Source: a virus (Duplodnaviria > Caudoviricetes). Taken from it: a DNA stretch of 64,000 bases. This document shows, piece after piece, positions 34,884-44,201 of this stretch. Each line of letters opens with the position of its first letter. The first letter of the stretch is position 1. Below the pieces are notes generated by a model. It was not told the DNA's origin. It worked only from the letters and a program-made list of their open reading frames with translations, and did not search any database. The stretch covers positions 5,055 through 69,054 of IMG/VR virus record IMGVR_UViG_3300050587_000151; one strand, 5' to 3'. A program made the position numbers and the translations under genes.

Positions 34884-35739
34884 CAAACCGCCTGAGATAC
34901 TTTACGAGTCCACCGGCCTACGCATCAAGCGCAATGCCGGAAATCGCTTCTGTATTGCCAGACTGCACTACACCGCGGACCCTGCAAAGCGCAGCGACGC
35001 GTGGAAGGCCGAAGCGTCTGCGGGCATGCTGCCCGCCAAGTGGGACAAAGAATACGAGATTTCATACGAAGCGCTCTTTGGCGCGAAGGTGTTTCCGGAA
35101 ATCTCAACTAACCGGGAAGCGATTATTGTCAAAGCGCCGTATCCAGAGGTGCCCGCTAGTGCAACCTGCTGGGGTGGCTTCGACTTCGGCCAGCGCAATC
35201 CATCGAGTTTTCATGTCTACACAATTGCTGATGGCGTGACGTACAGCATTTGGGAGCATTTTGAGCCGTGCAGGAGCGTGCCTGACCTGGTTGGCAAGAT
35301 CAAAGAATGTCCGTATTGGGACCAGATCCGCTATATTGCGGCAGATCCAACTATCTTCTCGGTCACCAAGATTTCCAAGACCGGCGCAGCATGCTCGATG
35401 GCGGATATCTTGCTGGAGGCGGGCTTGACCAAGCTGCTGCGGGGCAATCAGGACGAAGCTGCTTGGGTTGCCATGATGCGCAAGCATTGGGCGTCGAGCA
35501 ACGACCCAACATTTCGTATCTACGATTGCTGTCCGAATCAGATCCGGGAGTTTGAGACCGCGATTTTTGCCTCTATGAGCGACCGAATGCTGGCCACCAG
35601 CAACTACCGTGAGAACATCGCCGATTACAACAACCACACACTTGATGATTGTAAGTATTTTATGAACAGCCGACCACGGATTGCTAACCGGCAAGTCGTG
35701 CTGCCAAGCATGGTCAGTAAATGGGCAATACGTTACTAA
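34873..35739 (+). CDS. terL: Terminase large subunit, nuclease half
   Basis: EYEISY.A..G..VF, GGFDFG..NP, YIAADP, NHTLDDCKY. Confidence 0.85.
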   Translation: MAASKPPEILYESTGLRIKRNAGNRFCIARLHYTADPAKRSDAWKAEASAGMLPAKWDKEYEISYEALFGAKVFPEISTNREAIIVKAPYPEVPASATCWGGFDFGQRNPSSFHVYTIADGVTYSIWEHFEPCRSVPDLVGKIKECPYWDQIRYIAADPTIFSVTKISKTGAACSMADILLEAGLTKLLRGNQDEAAWVAMMRKHWASSNDPTFRIYDCCPNQIREFETAIFASMSDRMLATSNYRENIADYNNHTLDDCKYFMNSRPRIANRQVVLPSMVSKWAIRY

Positions 35740-35760
35740 CAGCAACATGTTGCTGGTATT

Positions 35761-35769
35761 TGGTATAAT
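35761..35769 (+). promoter_or_regulatory. Extended -10 promoter upstream of the portal gene
   Basis: TGGTATAAT, identical to the -10 region at 27931-27939; no clear -35. Confidence 0.5.
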
Positions 35770-35805
35770 TACTTAGTAGGCGTGTGGGTCGCGCTGTGCT
35801 TTTTC

Positions 35806-35833
35806 CTGCCTAGTCTGCCTAGTCTGCCTAGTC
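35806..35833 (+). repeat. Tandem repeat (CTGCCTAGT)x3
   Basis: Three exact 9-mers ending 4 nt before the portal ATG. Confidence 0.9.
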
Positions 35834-35837
35834 CTTC

Positions 35838-38135
35838 ATGACCGTTGCCACTCTTGATGGGATTCCTGTAGAGCTGACGCCTGCGGGCGATGAACAGCAA
35901 GCATCAACTAGCCCTGCTGCTGCTGCCCAGGACACCCGCACAGACCTGGAAGCCAAGATCATCGCCTTCGTTAACTCTTGGCGGGACAAGCTGCGCACAG
36001 CCCGAGTTGCCAAGCGCGCCATTTGGGACGAGTGCTGGGCGTTGTATCGGGGTCTTGATGACTTCCGTAACAAAGAAGACTGGCAATCGAAGATTGTGTT
36101 GCCGAAGGCGTTTGGCTCGGTAAAGCAAGCAACCAACGTTATCAAGCGCCTGTTGAGCACCGCCAAAAATCCGTGGCAAGTGGAGGCGATCAACCCCGAC
36201 GATCTGGTTGCCACATTGCGAGCCGAGCAGATGACCGACCTGAGCAAAGTGCTGCTTGACCAGGCTCGGTATCAGGAGGAGTTTGCAGAGGGCCTAGAGT
36301 GCGGGTTTGTAATCGGCCTTGGAGTGTGGAAGGTTTGGTGGGCGCTTGTGCCACGCGTGCGCACGCGAGTTGAGGTTGCACAGGTGCCAGTAGCGCAGCC
36401 GCCTGCGATGCCAGGCATGCAGGCAGCATCGTCCGAGCACTCAATTGCTGATCTGCTGGCTGGCGCCCCTGCTAGCCGGCAGGCTACAGGCATCCTTGGC
36501 CAGCTTGGCACCGAATACCCTGCTCAGGAGAACGACCTGTACCCCACGCAGCTTCCGACCGAGGCGTTGTCGCCCCTTGGTTGGGGTCAGGGCGAAGGGC
36601 TTGCAGCCTTCGGCACCCCGCAGCCACGCTTCGCTACCGAGCGGCGGATCGTGCGGGAAGAAATCCTTGAAGGCCGGCTCATGATCCGGGCTGTGGACCC
36701 GTATAACTTTTACTGGCTGCCCGGCAGCAAAATGAATCGGTGGGCGGGCACGATCGAGGAAATCGAGGTGCCGTTGTGGCAGTTGCATGAGTTGGCGGAG
36801 CAAGGTGTGCTGGATGCTGAGCGCCTGAAGGGCCTTGCCCCCATGCAGCTTGACGAGTACGACCGCAAAGCGCAGCTTCGGTTCAACGAGCCACCACAGC
36901 CCAACAGCAACGACGTTGACGGCATGGGCAACGTGAAGCTCACGGAGTACTACGGCCCGCTTATCCTCGACGGCAAGCTGGTTGATAAGCATGCTCATGT
37001 ATTGATTGCTAACGGGACCAAGTGCTTGCTACCTGGTGGCTACCAGGCCAACCGGCTGTGGTGCAAGAAAGCCCCCTACATCGGTTTCTCGCCACTTGCG
37101 CTGCCTTTCCGCACTGAAGGTGTGGGCCTTGTTGAGATGGTGCGCAAGATCGACAAGGCGCTTTCACAGCTTGCCAACTTGAGTGTTGACACCTTGATGT
37201 TCCGGCTGTTGCCGGTCTTTGAAATCAATCTTGATGCGTTTGACAATCCAAAAGATTTTGAAACAGGTCTCACGCCTGGCAAGCTGTTCAAGCGCAACAT
37301 GAACTTTGTTGGTGAAGGCATCAAGCCAATCGAGTTCCAAGATATCTCAGCAGGTGCGGTGCAAGTCAGCGCGGCGCTCGACCGCGAGCACCAGGCAGGC
37401 AGCCTGGTCAGCGAAATCCAGCAGGCCATCCCTCGCTACCGGGGCGTGCAGTCGGCAACCGAAATCCAGGAAAAGTCTGAAAACCAGGATTCCTTCTTCG
37501 GCAACATGGCGTCGGACATCGAGAAGCAAGCTCTGGAGCCAATGATTGAGCTTGCGGTTGACTTGATCTTGCAGTTTATTGACACAGCCAACGACCCGCG
37601 AGTTGCGTCGATCCTGGGTGTTGGGGCCGATGCCTTAAAGGGCCTCACTCGTGAGCAGTTGCTGGAAATGGTCAGCGGTGACTATATCATCAAGGTCACC
37701 GGCATAACCAGCCAGCTCCAAAAAGCCGAGATGCTTCAGAATCTCGTGCAGTTCATGAACTTGATTGGCCAGAACCCTGAGGCATGGGTACCCTACATCA
37801 ATCAGGACAAGCTGCTACAACGCATTCTGGAAGCCTTCCGGCCTGCGATCCACGACATCGAGCAGATCATTGCAGATCCGGAGACCGCGATGGCCAAGCA
37901 GGCTGCGCAGTCCACTGAGGCCATCACTCCTCAGTTGCTGACCCAAATGGTACAGCTTGTGCAGATGCAGCAGCAGCAAGCGCAGGCTGCGCAGCAGGCA
38001 GAGCTTGCCAACCAGCAAGCACAGCTAGAAGCTGCTAGCACACAGCAGCAGATGGCCCTGCGCGAACGCGAGATGCAGCATGAACGCCAGCTCGCAGAGA
38101 TGCAAGCCCGCTCCGCCCCAACAACCTCAAAGTAA
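35838..38135 (+). CDS. Portal protein
   Basis: WDECWALYRG, WQSKIVLP, AVDPYNFY and a Gln-rich C-terminal tail; position after the terminase. Confidence 0.88.
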   Translation: MTVATLDGIPVELTPAGDEQQASTSPAAAAQDTRTDLEAKIIAFVNSWRDKLRTARVAKRAIWDECWALYRGLDDFRNKEDWQSKIVLPKAFGSVKQATNVIKRLLSTAKNPWQVEAINPDDLVATLRAEQMTDLSKVLLDQARYQEEFAEGLECGFVIGLGVWKVWWALVPRVRTRVEVAQVPVAQPPAMPGMQAASSEHSIADLLAGAPASRQATGILGQLGTEYPAQENDLYPTQLPTEALSPLGWGQGEGLAAFGTPQPRFATERRIVREEILEGRLMIRAVDPYNFYWLPGSKMNRWAGTIEEIEVPLWQLHELAEQGVLDAERLKGLAPMQLDEYDRKAQLRFNEPPQPNSNDVDGMGNVKLTEYYGPLILDGKLVDKHAHVLIANGTKCLLPGGYQANRLWCKKAPYIGFSPLALPFRTEGVGLVEMVRKIDKALSQLANLSVDTLMFRLLPVFEINLDAFDNPKDFETGLTPGKLFKRNMNFVGEGIKPIEFQDISAGAVQVSAALDREHQAGSLVSEIQQAIPRYRGVQSATEIQEKSENQDSFFGNMASDIEKQALEPMIELAVDLILQFIDTANDPRVASILGVGADALKGLTREQLLEMVSGDYIIKVTGITSQLQKAEMLQNLVQFMNLIGQNPEAWVPYINQDKLLQRILEAFRPAIHDIEQIIADPETAMAKQAAQSTEAITPQLLTQMVQLVQMQQQQAQAAQQAELANQQAQLEAASTQQQMALREREMQHERQLAEMQARSAPTTSK

Positions 38136-38147
38136 AGACGGTATCGT

Positions 38148-38417
38148 ATGAACTTTTCTGACCAAGCAGCCCTCGCGGTTGGACGACCAATTGCAAAAGC
38201 ATTTGCTATCCTCCCAAGTGACGATACCGATTTACAAGCTACTACTAGAGCGTTATACGTCGGTACAGGCGGCGACCTGAGGGTCACTATGGCTGATGGG
38301 GATATTGTGTCCTTTACGGGCTTGCTTACAGGAGTAGTGTACCCGTTCAGGCTACGAAAAGTTTTTGCTTCAGGACAGCCGGGCGTAATTGCACAGGCTC
38401 TAGTTGGATTGTACTAG
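38148..38417 (+). CDS. Head spike base protein (RcGTA Rcc01079-like)
   Basis: TRALYVGTGGDLRV...G.V.PFR. Confidence 0.7.
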   Translation: MNFSDQAALAVGRPIAKAFAILPSDDTDLQATTRALYVGTGGDLRVTMADGDIVSFTGLLTGVVYPFRLRKVFASGQPGVIAQALVGLY

Positions 38418-38423
38418 CGTTAC

Positions 38424-40733
38424 ATGTTAACGATTAACATTGGCTTGGATGTATGTACGCCTACAGCTTACGGTAGGTTATCACAACAGGACGATTGGCT
38501 CCCTGGCTACACCTATCGTAAGGAACTCACCATTCCCGCAGGCGCGGTGACTGCCGATCTGACCGATCAGCCTGTGGTCGTGACGCTCGCGGGCGATCCA
38601 GAACTGGCGGCTCACGCACAGGCGGACGGATCGGACATCGTGTTCACGGGAGCGGATGGGGCCACGGTGCTCGATTTCGAGGTTCCGCGCGCGGCGAAGA
38701 ACATGCTGGTGGGGGATGGGGCGTGGAATGGGTACACTCGGCCAAGCGTGCTGCGGTACGGCGACAAAACCTACATCGGAGTAGTCACTTCCAACGGCTA
38801 TATCTACGTTGCGAGTTACGACCACGTAACCAAGACACAAGCTACATCCGGGTCGATGTACTCAGGCCAACAGTTCCAGATTGACGACCACGATTACCCG
38901 GCCCTGCTCGCGCTGAGCGACGGGAAGATCGCGGCGTTCTACCAGCATCACAATGGCTTGGCCTGCTACCGCATCACATCAAGCGCGGAAGATATCACCG
39001 CTTGGAACACGGAGAAGGATTGGACCAGCGTAGGCGATGCGGTCCACCATGCTTACTGCTGCCCCTTCCGGATGACCGGCGAGTCGAACAAGATCTATGC
39101 CTTCTTCCGTGGCGGCACGATTGTCAGTGAATTGCGCGCATACATGGCCTGGACGACGGAAGCCGGGCTGGCCGCGAACTCGTGGAATGCGGTGAAGTGG
39201 CTCGAAACCGGCCAGAATCAGCCGTATGCCTTGTTCGAAAGCAACGGGTCGGATGAAATTCACTGCATCTTTACTGAATCTGGCGCTGCCATTTTTGCAC
39301 AGAACAGCGTGTATTACTGCAAGCACACCATGGGCAAATGGTACAAGGCCGATGGCACGGAGATCGGCTCCGATGACACACTCGCGATAACGCCGATCAC
39401 GCCCGCGGTCAGCGACAAGGTGTACGATTACCAGACTTCCGGGCGTGCTGCCATTTACGACATTGCGCTCGATGGGGGCGGACGCCCGGTGATCGTCTAC
39501 GCCGTCTTCCCCGGATCGACCGCTTCCGAGGCTCCCGATCATCGCTATCGGTATGCCCGCTGGACAGGTTCCGCCTGGGTCGATCACGAGATTACTCCAG
39601 CCGGGACCGGCATCTCGCAAGTGGACGTGACCGGGAAGTATTACAGCGGCGGAGTTCATCTCGACCATTCAAACCCCAACATCGTCTACTTGTCGCGCAA
39701 CAACACTGAGCATGGGTCTGGCGTCTTCGCAATAGAGAAGTGGATCACGGCAGACGACGGTGCTACTTGGTCGAGCACGAGAATAGCGGACAGCGGATTC
39801 AATATCCGGCCGATGTTCTCGTACGGGGCGACCACCGATCAACCGCTGTCGTTGATGTGGATGACGGGGACCTATCCGACTTACACTACTTATAGTACTT
39901 CCATCGTCACTTCCCCGGCATTGGACGCTCCGCGTTTGTCCTGGCTCCAGTACGCCGTTGTGAAGGTGCCAAGCATTACGGTGGCTGGCGGGGCGAAACT
40001 GTATATGTATTACGGCCGTGCGAACCCGCCCGACATGAGCAACCGTGCCGGGGTGTGGAGCGGAGCGAGCTATGCTTTTCACGGCCACGATTACGACCTC
40101 GGAAACAGGGCCTTCGATTCGGCCCACGGGACGAGCCTACAGAAGTACAGGATTCCGACCGCGCAGGAGGTTGCCGGAAAGATAGGGCGCGCGATTTACT
40201 TCCCCAGCATCGGCATTGTTTCCCCGATCAATGTGAACCTCGCCGACGTCCGCAAGCTTACTGTCATTGGCTGTGTCAAGAGCGCTGGCGGGACCATCCT
40301 GTCGAATCACTCCGGAGTTGTCAGCGCAATATTTTTCTGCCGCATTAACTTGTCATCGCATAAACTTGAAGCTTTCGTGAAAACCAGCATGGGAACGGAT
40401 ATTGTGCCGCAGTTCGAGGCCACGGTTCTCGACGCAAACACATGGCACCACTTCACCATCGTTTTCGATTGCGATAACGGTGGCCTCAAAGCTTGGATAG
40501 ACGGCGTGCAAAGCCCTACCGTAGCAGCCACGGCCAATCCATTTCACCCCACCGCATCAAGTCAGATGAACCTCGGCTATTCCGCGCACAATGGGGTCTA
40601 CATGACCGGGGCCATGGAGGCAATTCGGATGTATGTAGGCGCGGCGTGGACGCCGGCACAGATCAAGGCAGACTACGATTCTATTTTCTCTCCCGAGGCA
40701 TTCCTGTTACGAGGCGTCGAAGAACTTTTATGA
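38424..40733 (+). CDS. Head-fibre/spike protein: DUF2341 interrupted by a BNR-4 propeller, then LamG-like domain
   Basis: YRKELTI...DQPVVV...DGSDIVF; DDHDYP and Asp-box DDGATW; VVKVP...LYMYYG; WHHFTIV...WIDG...MEAIR.Y. Confidence 0.75.
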   Translation: MLTINIGLDVCTPTAYGRLSQQDDWLPGYTYRKELTIPAGAVTADLTDQPVVVTLAGDPELAAHAQADGSDIVFTGADGATVLDFEVPRAAKNMLVGDGAWNGYTRPSVLRYGDKTYIGVVTSNGYIYVASYDHVTKTQATSGSMYSGQQFQIDDHDYPALLALSDGKIAAFYQHHNGLACYRITSSAEDITAWNTEKDWTSVGDAVHHAYCCPFRMTGESNKIYAFFRGGTIVSELRAYMAWTTEAGLAANSWNAVKWLETGQNQPYALFESNGSDEIHCIFTESGAAIFAQNSVYYCKHTMGKWYKADGTEIGSDDTLAITPITPAVSDKVYDYQTSGRAAIYDIALDGGGRPVIVYAVFPGSTASEAPDHRYRYARWTGSAWVDHEITPAGTGISQVDVTGKYYSGGVHLDHSNPNIVYLSRNNTEHGSGVFAIEKWITADDGATWSSTRIADSGFNIRPMFSYGATTDQPLSLMWMTGTYPTYTTYSTSIVTSPALDAPRLSWLQYAVVKVPSITVAGGAKLYMYYGRANPPDMSNRAGVWSGASYAFHGHDYDLGNRAFDSAHGTSLQKYRIPTAQEVAGKIGRAIYFPSIGIVSPINVNLADVRKLTVIGCVKSAGGTILSNHSGVVSAIFFCRINLSSHKLEAFVKTSMGTDIVPQFEATVLDANTWHHFTIVFDCDNGGLKAWIDGVQSPTVAATANPFHPTASSQMNLGYSAHNGVYMTGAMEAIRMYVGAAWTPAQIKADYDSIFSPEAFLLRGVEELL

Positions 40734-40867
40734 TCCGTAAGATTGGCCCATCTAAATACCGCCTTTACAGCCACGAAGGCAAGAACCTCGGCACGTTTAA
40801 CAGCCGCGAAGCTGCGTTACGGCATGAGCGGCAAGTAGCCTACTTCAAACACAGAGGCGCCAAGTAA
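40730..40867 (+). CDS. Small conserved phage protein
   Basis: KYRLYSH.GKNLGTF.SREAA.RHERQV.YFK. Confidence 0.7.
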   Translation: MIRKIGPSKYRLYSHEGKNLGTFNSREAALRHERQVAYFKHRGAK

Positions 40868-41196
40868 TGCCTGCTGCTGTGGACTTCGATGCCCACGAGG
40901 CAGTTGCCCGCGCTGAAGATCTTGCCGAGCTGCTTGACCACATTGCCTGGCGTGAGACGATCCTGCCCGCGCTTAACAAGCTATCTCAGCGCTACCAAGA
41001 CTTGCTGACCAAGGCGATCCTTGGCTCGAAGATCGTGTTAGCCACCGAGCTTGGCCCTGCCGAGTTGTCTGCCGTACAGCTTGCCGGCCGGGTTGAGGGC
41101 ATCGCATTCATCACCAAACTCTTTGAATCCGTGCTGGCTCGTGGCGAAACAGCGATCAAAACCCTCGACCGCGAAGCAGCAACCTACAGCTCGTAG
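40867..41196 (+). CDS. Hypothetical head-module protein
   Basis: Helical 109 aa ORF before the scaffold gene. Confidence 0.7.
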   Translation: MPAAVDFDAHEAVARAEDLAELLDHIAWRETILPALNKLSQRYQDLLTKAILGSKIVLATELGPAELSAVQLAGRVEGIAFITKLFESVLARGETAIKTLDREAATYSS

Positions 41197-41258
41197 CAAT
41201 TTCTACCCCGACCGTTGCCGAGATGTGCAACGAACAATAACCAGCCTACCCAACAACT

Positions 41259-42170
41259 ATGCCTGATCCTGTTATCCCGACTGCTGCTCCCGAAACCAGC
41301 CCTACGCCAGCACAGCCAACGCCGGCAGCTCCTGTAGTCCCAGCTACGCCTGCTACGCCTACGCCCACGCCTGCCGAAACCGACCGCGCCGCGCTTTATC
41401 GACGCTACTACGACACGCAGGTTGCCACGCAGCCTGTGGCGCCGGCCGTGCCGGCTGTGGACCCCGCGGCTCCTGTAGAGCCTGCACCAACTGCCCCGGT
41501 TGAGCCGGCACCCGCTGCCGCTGACCCCATCGCCGAGCGGCTCGCTGCGATTGATGCGATGCTGGCCAAACTTGCACAAGTACCGACTGTTGCCCAGCCC
41601 CCGGCTGCCGAACCGCCTGTGGCCCAGCCAGCCCCCACGCCCGGCAACGACGACTGGCTTGCTTTGCTTCAGCAAGGAAAAATCGCCGAAGCGGAAACTG
41701 TAATGGCTAACAAGTTTTCCGCTAAAGCCAAAGAAGAAGCCATCACTCAAGCACTTGATTTGTTTCGTGTCGAGACGCAAATCACAGATTTCTTGACGAA
41801 CCTCCGTGGAGAGAACCAAGACCTGTTGCCCCTTGAAGGTCTAATTGCCGTAAACGCGCAGAGGATGCTCGAAGCTGCCAGCACTGCTGGCCGTATTCGC
41901 TCTACTGCCGATTACGTTGAGCAGTATAAGGCAGCCGTAAATGCCGCTACTGCTGAGGCACGAAAACTCTACCAGCAAATTCGTGCCGCTGGCAAGGATG
42001 AGGCGCTGACTAGCAAACGCGAAGTCCTCGCGTCGTCCACCATCCCTCCGTCGCCTGTGGCAGACCGCGGAACGCCGGCAACGCCGGCCGAGCCGCAGCC
42101 GCACACCGCAAGCGACTATCTTGCCGAACGGCAAGCCCGCTCTGCTCGCCAGCGAGGGATGTCCACGTAA
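41259..42170 (+). CDS. Scaffolding protein
   Basis: Pro/Ala-rich N-terminus, helical; immediately upstream of the capsid gene. Confidence 0.75.
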   Translation: MPDPVIPTAAPETSPTPAQPTPAAPVVPATPATPTPTPAETDRAALYRRYYDTQVATQPVAPAVPAVDPAAPVEPAPTAPVEPAPAAADPIAERLAAIDAMLAKLAQVPTVAQPPAAEPPVAQPAPTPGNDDWLALLQQGKIAEAETVMANKFSAKAKEEAITQALDLFRVETQITDFLTNLRGENQDLLPLEGLIAVNAQRMLEAASTAGRIRSTADYVEQYKAAVNAATAEARKLYQQIRAAGKDEALTSKREVLASSTIPPSPVADRGTPATPAEPQPHTASDYLAERQARSARQRGMST

Positions 42171-42203
42171 CTTATTTCTCTCCAAGGAAGGTACTAGATC
42201 CTC

Positions 42204-43151
42204 ATGGGTCAATTCTATGCTGTTAGTACCCTTGGTGGCAACTGGTCGAGTCCGGAGCTGACTGATAAGCTTCGGCACACTGCTCAGCCAATGTTTCGTC
42301 TGCGACAGTTTGTTGATGTTCGCGACGCGCTTGGTAAAGGGCGGGGCGATACGTTCCTGTTTGACAAGGCAGGAGACGTCGCGACACAGGGAGGTACGCT
42401 GATCGAAACGGCGACCATCCCCGAAACCAGCTTCGTCACCAACCAGGGTACAGTCATTATCACCGAATACGGAAATTCGGTGCCCTTCAGCGGCAAGCTC
42501 CAAGCCCTCGGCAAGTTCGAAATTTCCAGCGTCACGGAACAGAAGCTCCGTGACGACCAGGTAAAAGTTCTCGAATCCGCCGCAGGCGACCAGTTTGCTG
42601 CAACTGAATTCATCGCGGTTTGCTCGAACACAGCAACAACCGTAATCACAACCAACGGCACCGCCACCGCGTCTGCCAGCGCCGATCTTACTGCCGCCAA
42701 CGTCCGCCAGATTGTTGACTTCATGAAGAAGAAAAACATTCCAAAATACGATGGTAGCAACTACATCTGCGTGGCCAGCGTGTCTGCGTTGAGTGGCATG
42801 CACGCCGACTCTGGAACTGGCGGGTGGATCGACCTTGCAAAATACTCGCCCCAGTACTCTCAGAACATCTTCAACGGTGAAGTGGGCACGTTTTACGGTG
42901 TGCGCTTTGTCGAGGAAACCGGCTACCTGAGCAACACCATCGGCAACGGCTCGGCCCACGGTCAGGCAGTCATTTTTGGCTCTGACAATGTGTGCGAGTC
43001 GGTAGCGATTCCAGAAGAGATCAGGCTTAAACAGTCCGCGGACTATGGCCGCGACCTGGGCATCGCGTGGTATGCGCTGCTTGGTTTTAAGATCATTTGG
43101 GATTACGACACCGACGCTGAGCAGCACATCGTGTTTGTGACGAGTGCTTAA
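42204..43151 (+). CDS. Major capsid protein
   Basis: 315 aa; AAGGAAGG Shine-Dalgarno; EYGNSV, GEVG.FYGVRFVEE, DYGR..GIAWY typical of HK97-fold capsid proteins. Confidence 0.9.
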   Translation: MGQFYAVSTLGGNWSSPELTDKLRHTAQPMFRLRQFVDVRDALGKGRGDTFLFDKAGDVATQGGTLIETATIPETSFVTNQGTVIITEYGNSVPFSGKLQALGKFEISSVTEQKLRDDQVKVLESAAGDQFAATEFIAVCSNTATTVITTNGTATASASADLTAANVRQIVDFMKKKNIPKYDGSNYICVASVSALSGMHADSGTGGWIDLAKYSPQYSQNIFNGEVGTFYGVRFVEETGYLSNTIGNGSAHGQAVIFGSDNVCESVAIPEEIRLKQSADYGRDLGIAWYALLGFKIIWDYDTDAEQHIVFVTSA

Positions 43152-43171
43152 GGAGAAAAGGAGATCTAGCT

Positions 43172-43624
43172 ATGTCCTACTCTGAAGGTCGTTTCAACAC
43201 GAAAGTTTTTACGCCTGCCGGCACAAGTACCGGCACCTGGGCAGCCACCGGCTCGGCGGCTGTCGGCACCTGTACTGCTTTGACGTTTCCGCTGCCCCGT
43301 GCTCCGCACGTGCTAGCGATTGTTGGTGCGAGAATTTATCGCACTGGTACTGGGGGCACCTTTACTGGTGTCAAGGCCATTGCCTACAATGGCACCAACG
43401 TCCTCGGCACTTCGTCTTCGTTCACGCTGAATGCTACGACTGATGAGCTTAAACCTGTGACGTTTTCCAACGGCCGTAAGTATCCGTTTTATTCTGCAAG
43501 TACCGATACTGCCGTGGCTACGTTGACCATGAAACTTACCGGCACTACAACCGCCTCGATCGCCGCAACGAATGAAATTTTGACCGTGGTGTTCGATACG
43601 GTTGAACCGTTTGCGGCTAGCTAA
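43172..43624 (+). CDS. Capsid decoration/cement protein
   Basis: Thr/Gly-rich beta protein after the capsid gene; AAGGAG Shine-Dalgarno. Confidence 0.6.
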   Translation: MSYSEGRFNTKVFTPAGTSTGTWAATGSAAVGTCTALTFPLPRAPHVLAIVGARIYRTGTGGTFTGVKAIAYNGTNVLGTSSSFTLNATTDELKPVTFSNGRKYPFYSASTDTAVATLTMKLTGTTTASIAATNEILTVVFDTVEPFAAS

Positions 43625-43646
43625 CTAGCCAACGAAGTATATCAAT

Positions 43647-43676
43647 ACGGGGCAGGTTGAACCTGCCCCGTTTTTT
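43647..43676 (+). terminator. Intrinsic terminator after the capsid genes
   Basis: ACGGGGCAGGT-TGA-ACCTGCCCCGT followed by a T run. Confidence 0.9.
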
Positions 43677-43691
43677 GGAGAACCTACAACT

Positions 43692-44195
43692 TTGCCTAAA
43701 GCTGCTGTTGAACCCGTTGTGCAAACAACGAATGATTTGCAAGGTGCGCAACCTGCTACACCACCCAAGACCCTCACCAACTGGCGAGCGTTCGAAAAAG
43801 CCGGCCTCGCACCGTCTCAGATTGTGTGCCAAGGCTACAAGCCTGTGCATCGAGTTGATTCTGGTTGCCACTCGCGGGTGCTGCTCAACGCTGCCGCGCT
43901 GTTCGCGCATGCAGTGACCAACGACCATGGTGGGGGCTTTCAGATGCTTGTGCGGGAAACCAGCCGTCCGTGGCCCGGCTGGGCTGAGCTTGAACGGCTT
44001 GGTCTTGAGTGCAGTGACTTGCGGTGCGAAATTTGTGATGTAAAAGTCCCCTTCCACCCAAACCATATCAAGACCCACCTCAAGCCTCATAGTGGTAAAT
44101 CCCGCCGAATCAAGCCGGGCAGGGTGTTCAACATGACCATTGGGGTTGTCCGGCCCACGCCCGATGAAGACGAGGCATTCGAAGATCTCGGATAA
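43692..44195 (+). CDS. Hypothetical protein with C2H2-like motif
   Basis: CEICD...HIKTH. Confidence 0.7.
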   Translation: MPKAAVEPVVQTTNDLQGAQPATPPKTLTNWRAFEKAGLAPSQIVCQGYKPVHRVDSGCHSRVLLNAAALFAHAVTNDHGGGFQMLVRETSRPWPGWAELERLGLECSDLRCEICDVKVPFHPNHIKTHLKPHSGKSRRIKPGRVFNMTIGVVRPTPDEDEAFEDLG

Positions 44196-44201
44196 CCGTC
44201 G

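Noticed and set aside
41841-43127. Long antisense ORFs (e.g. 41841-43127, 4304-5002, 51764-52633, 38979-39668)
   Set aside because: These are shadow frames opposite well-supported genes in GC-rich DNA, with no motifs or ribosome-binding sites.
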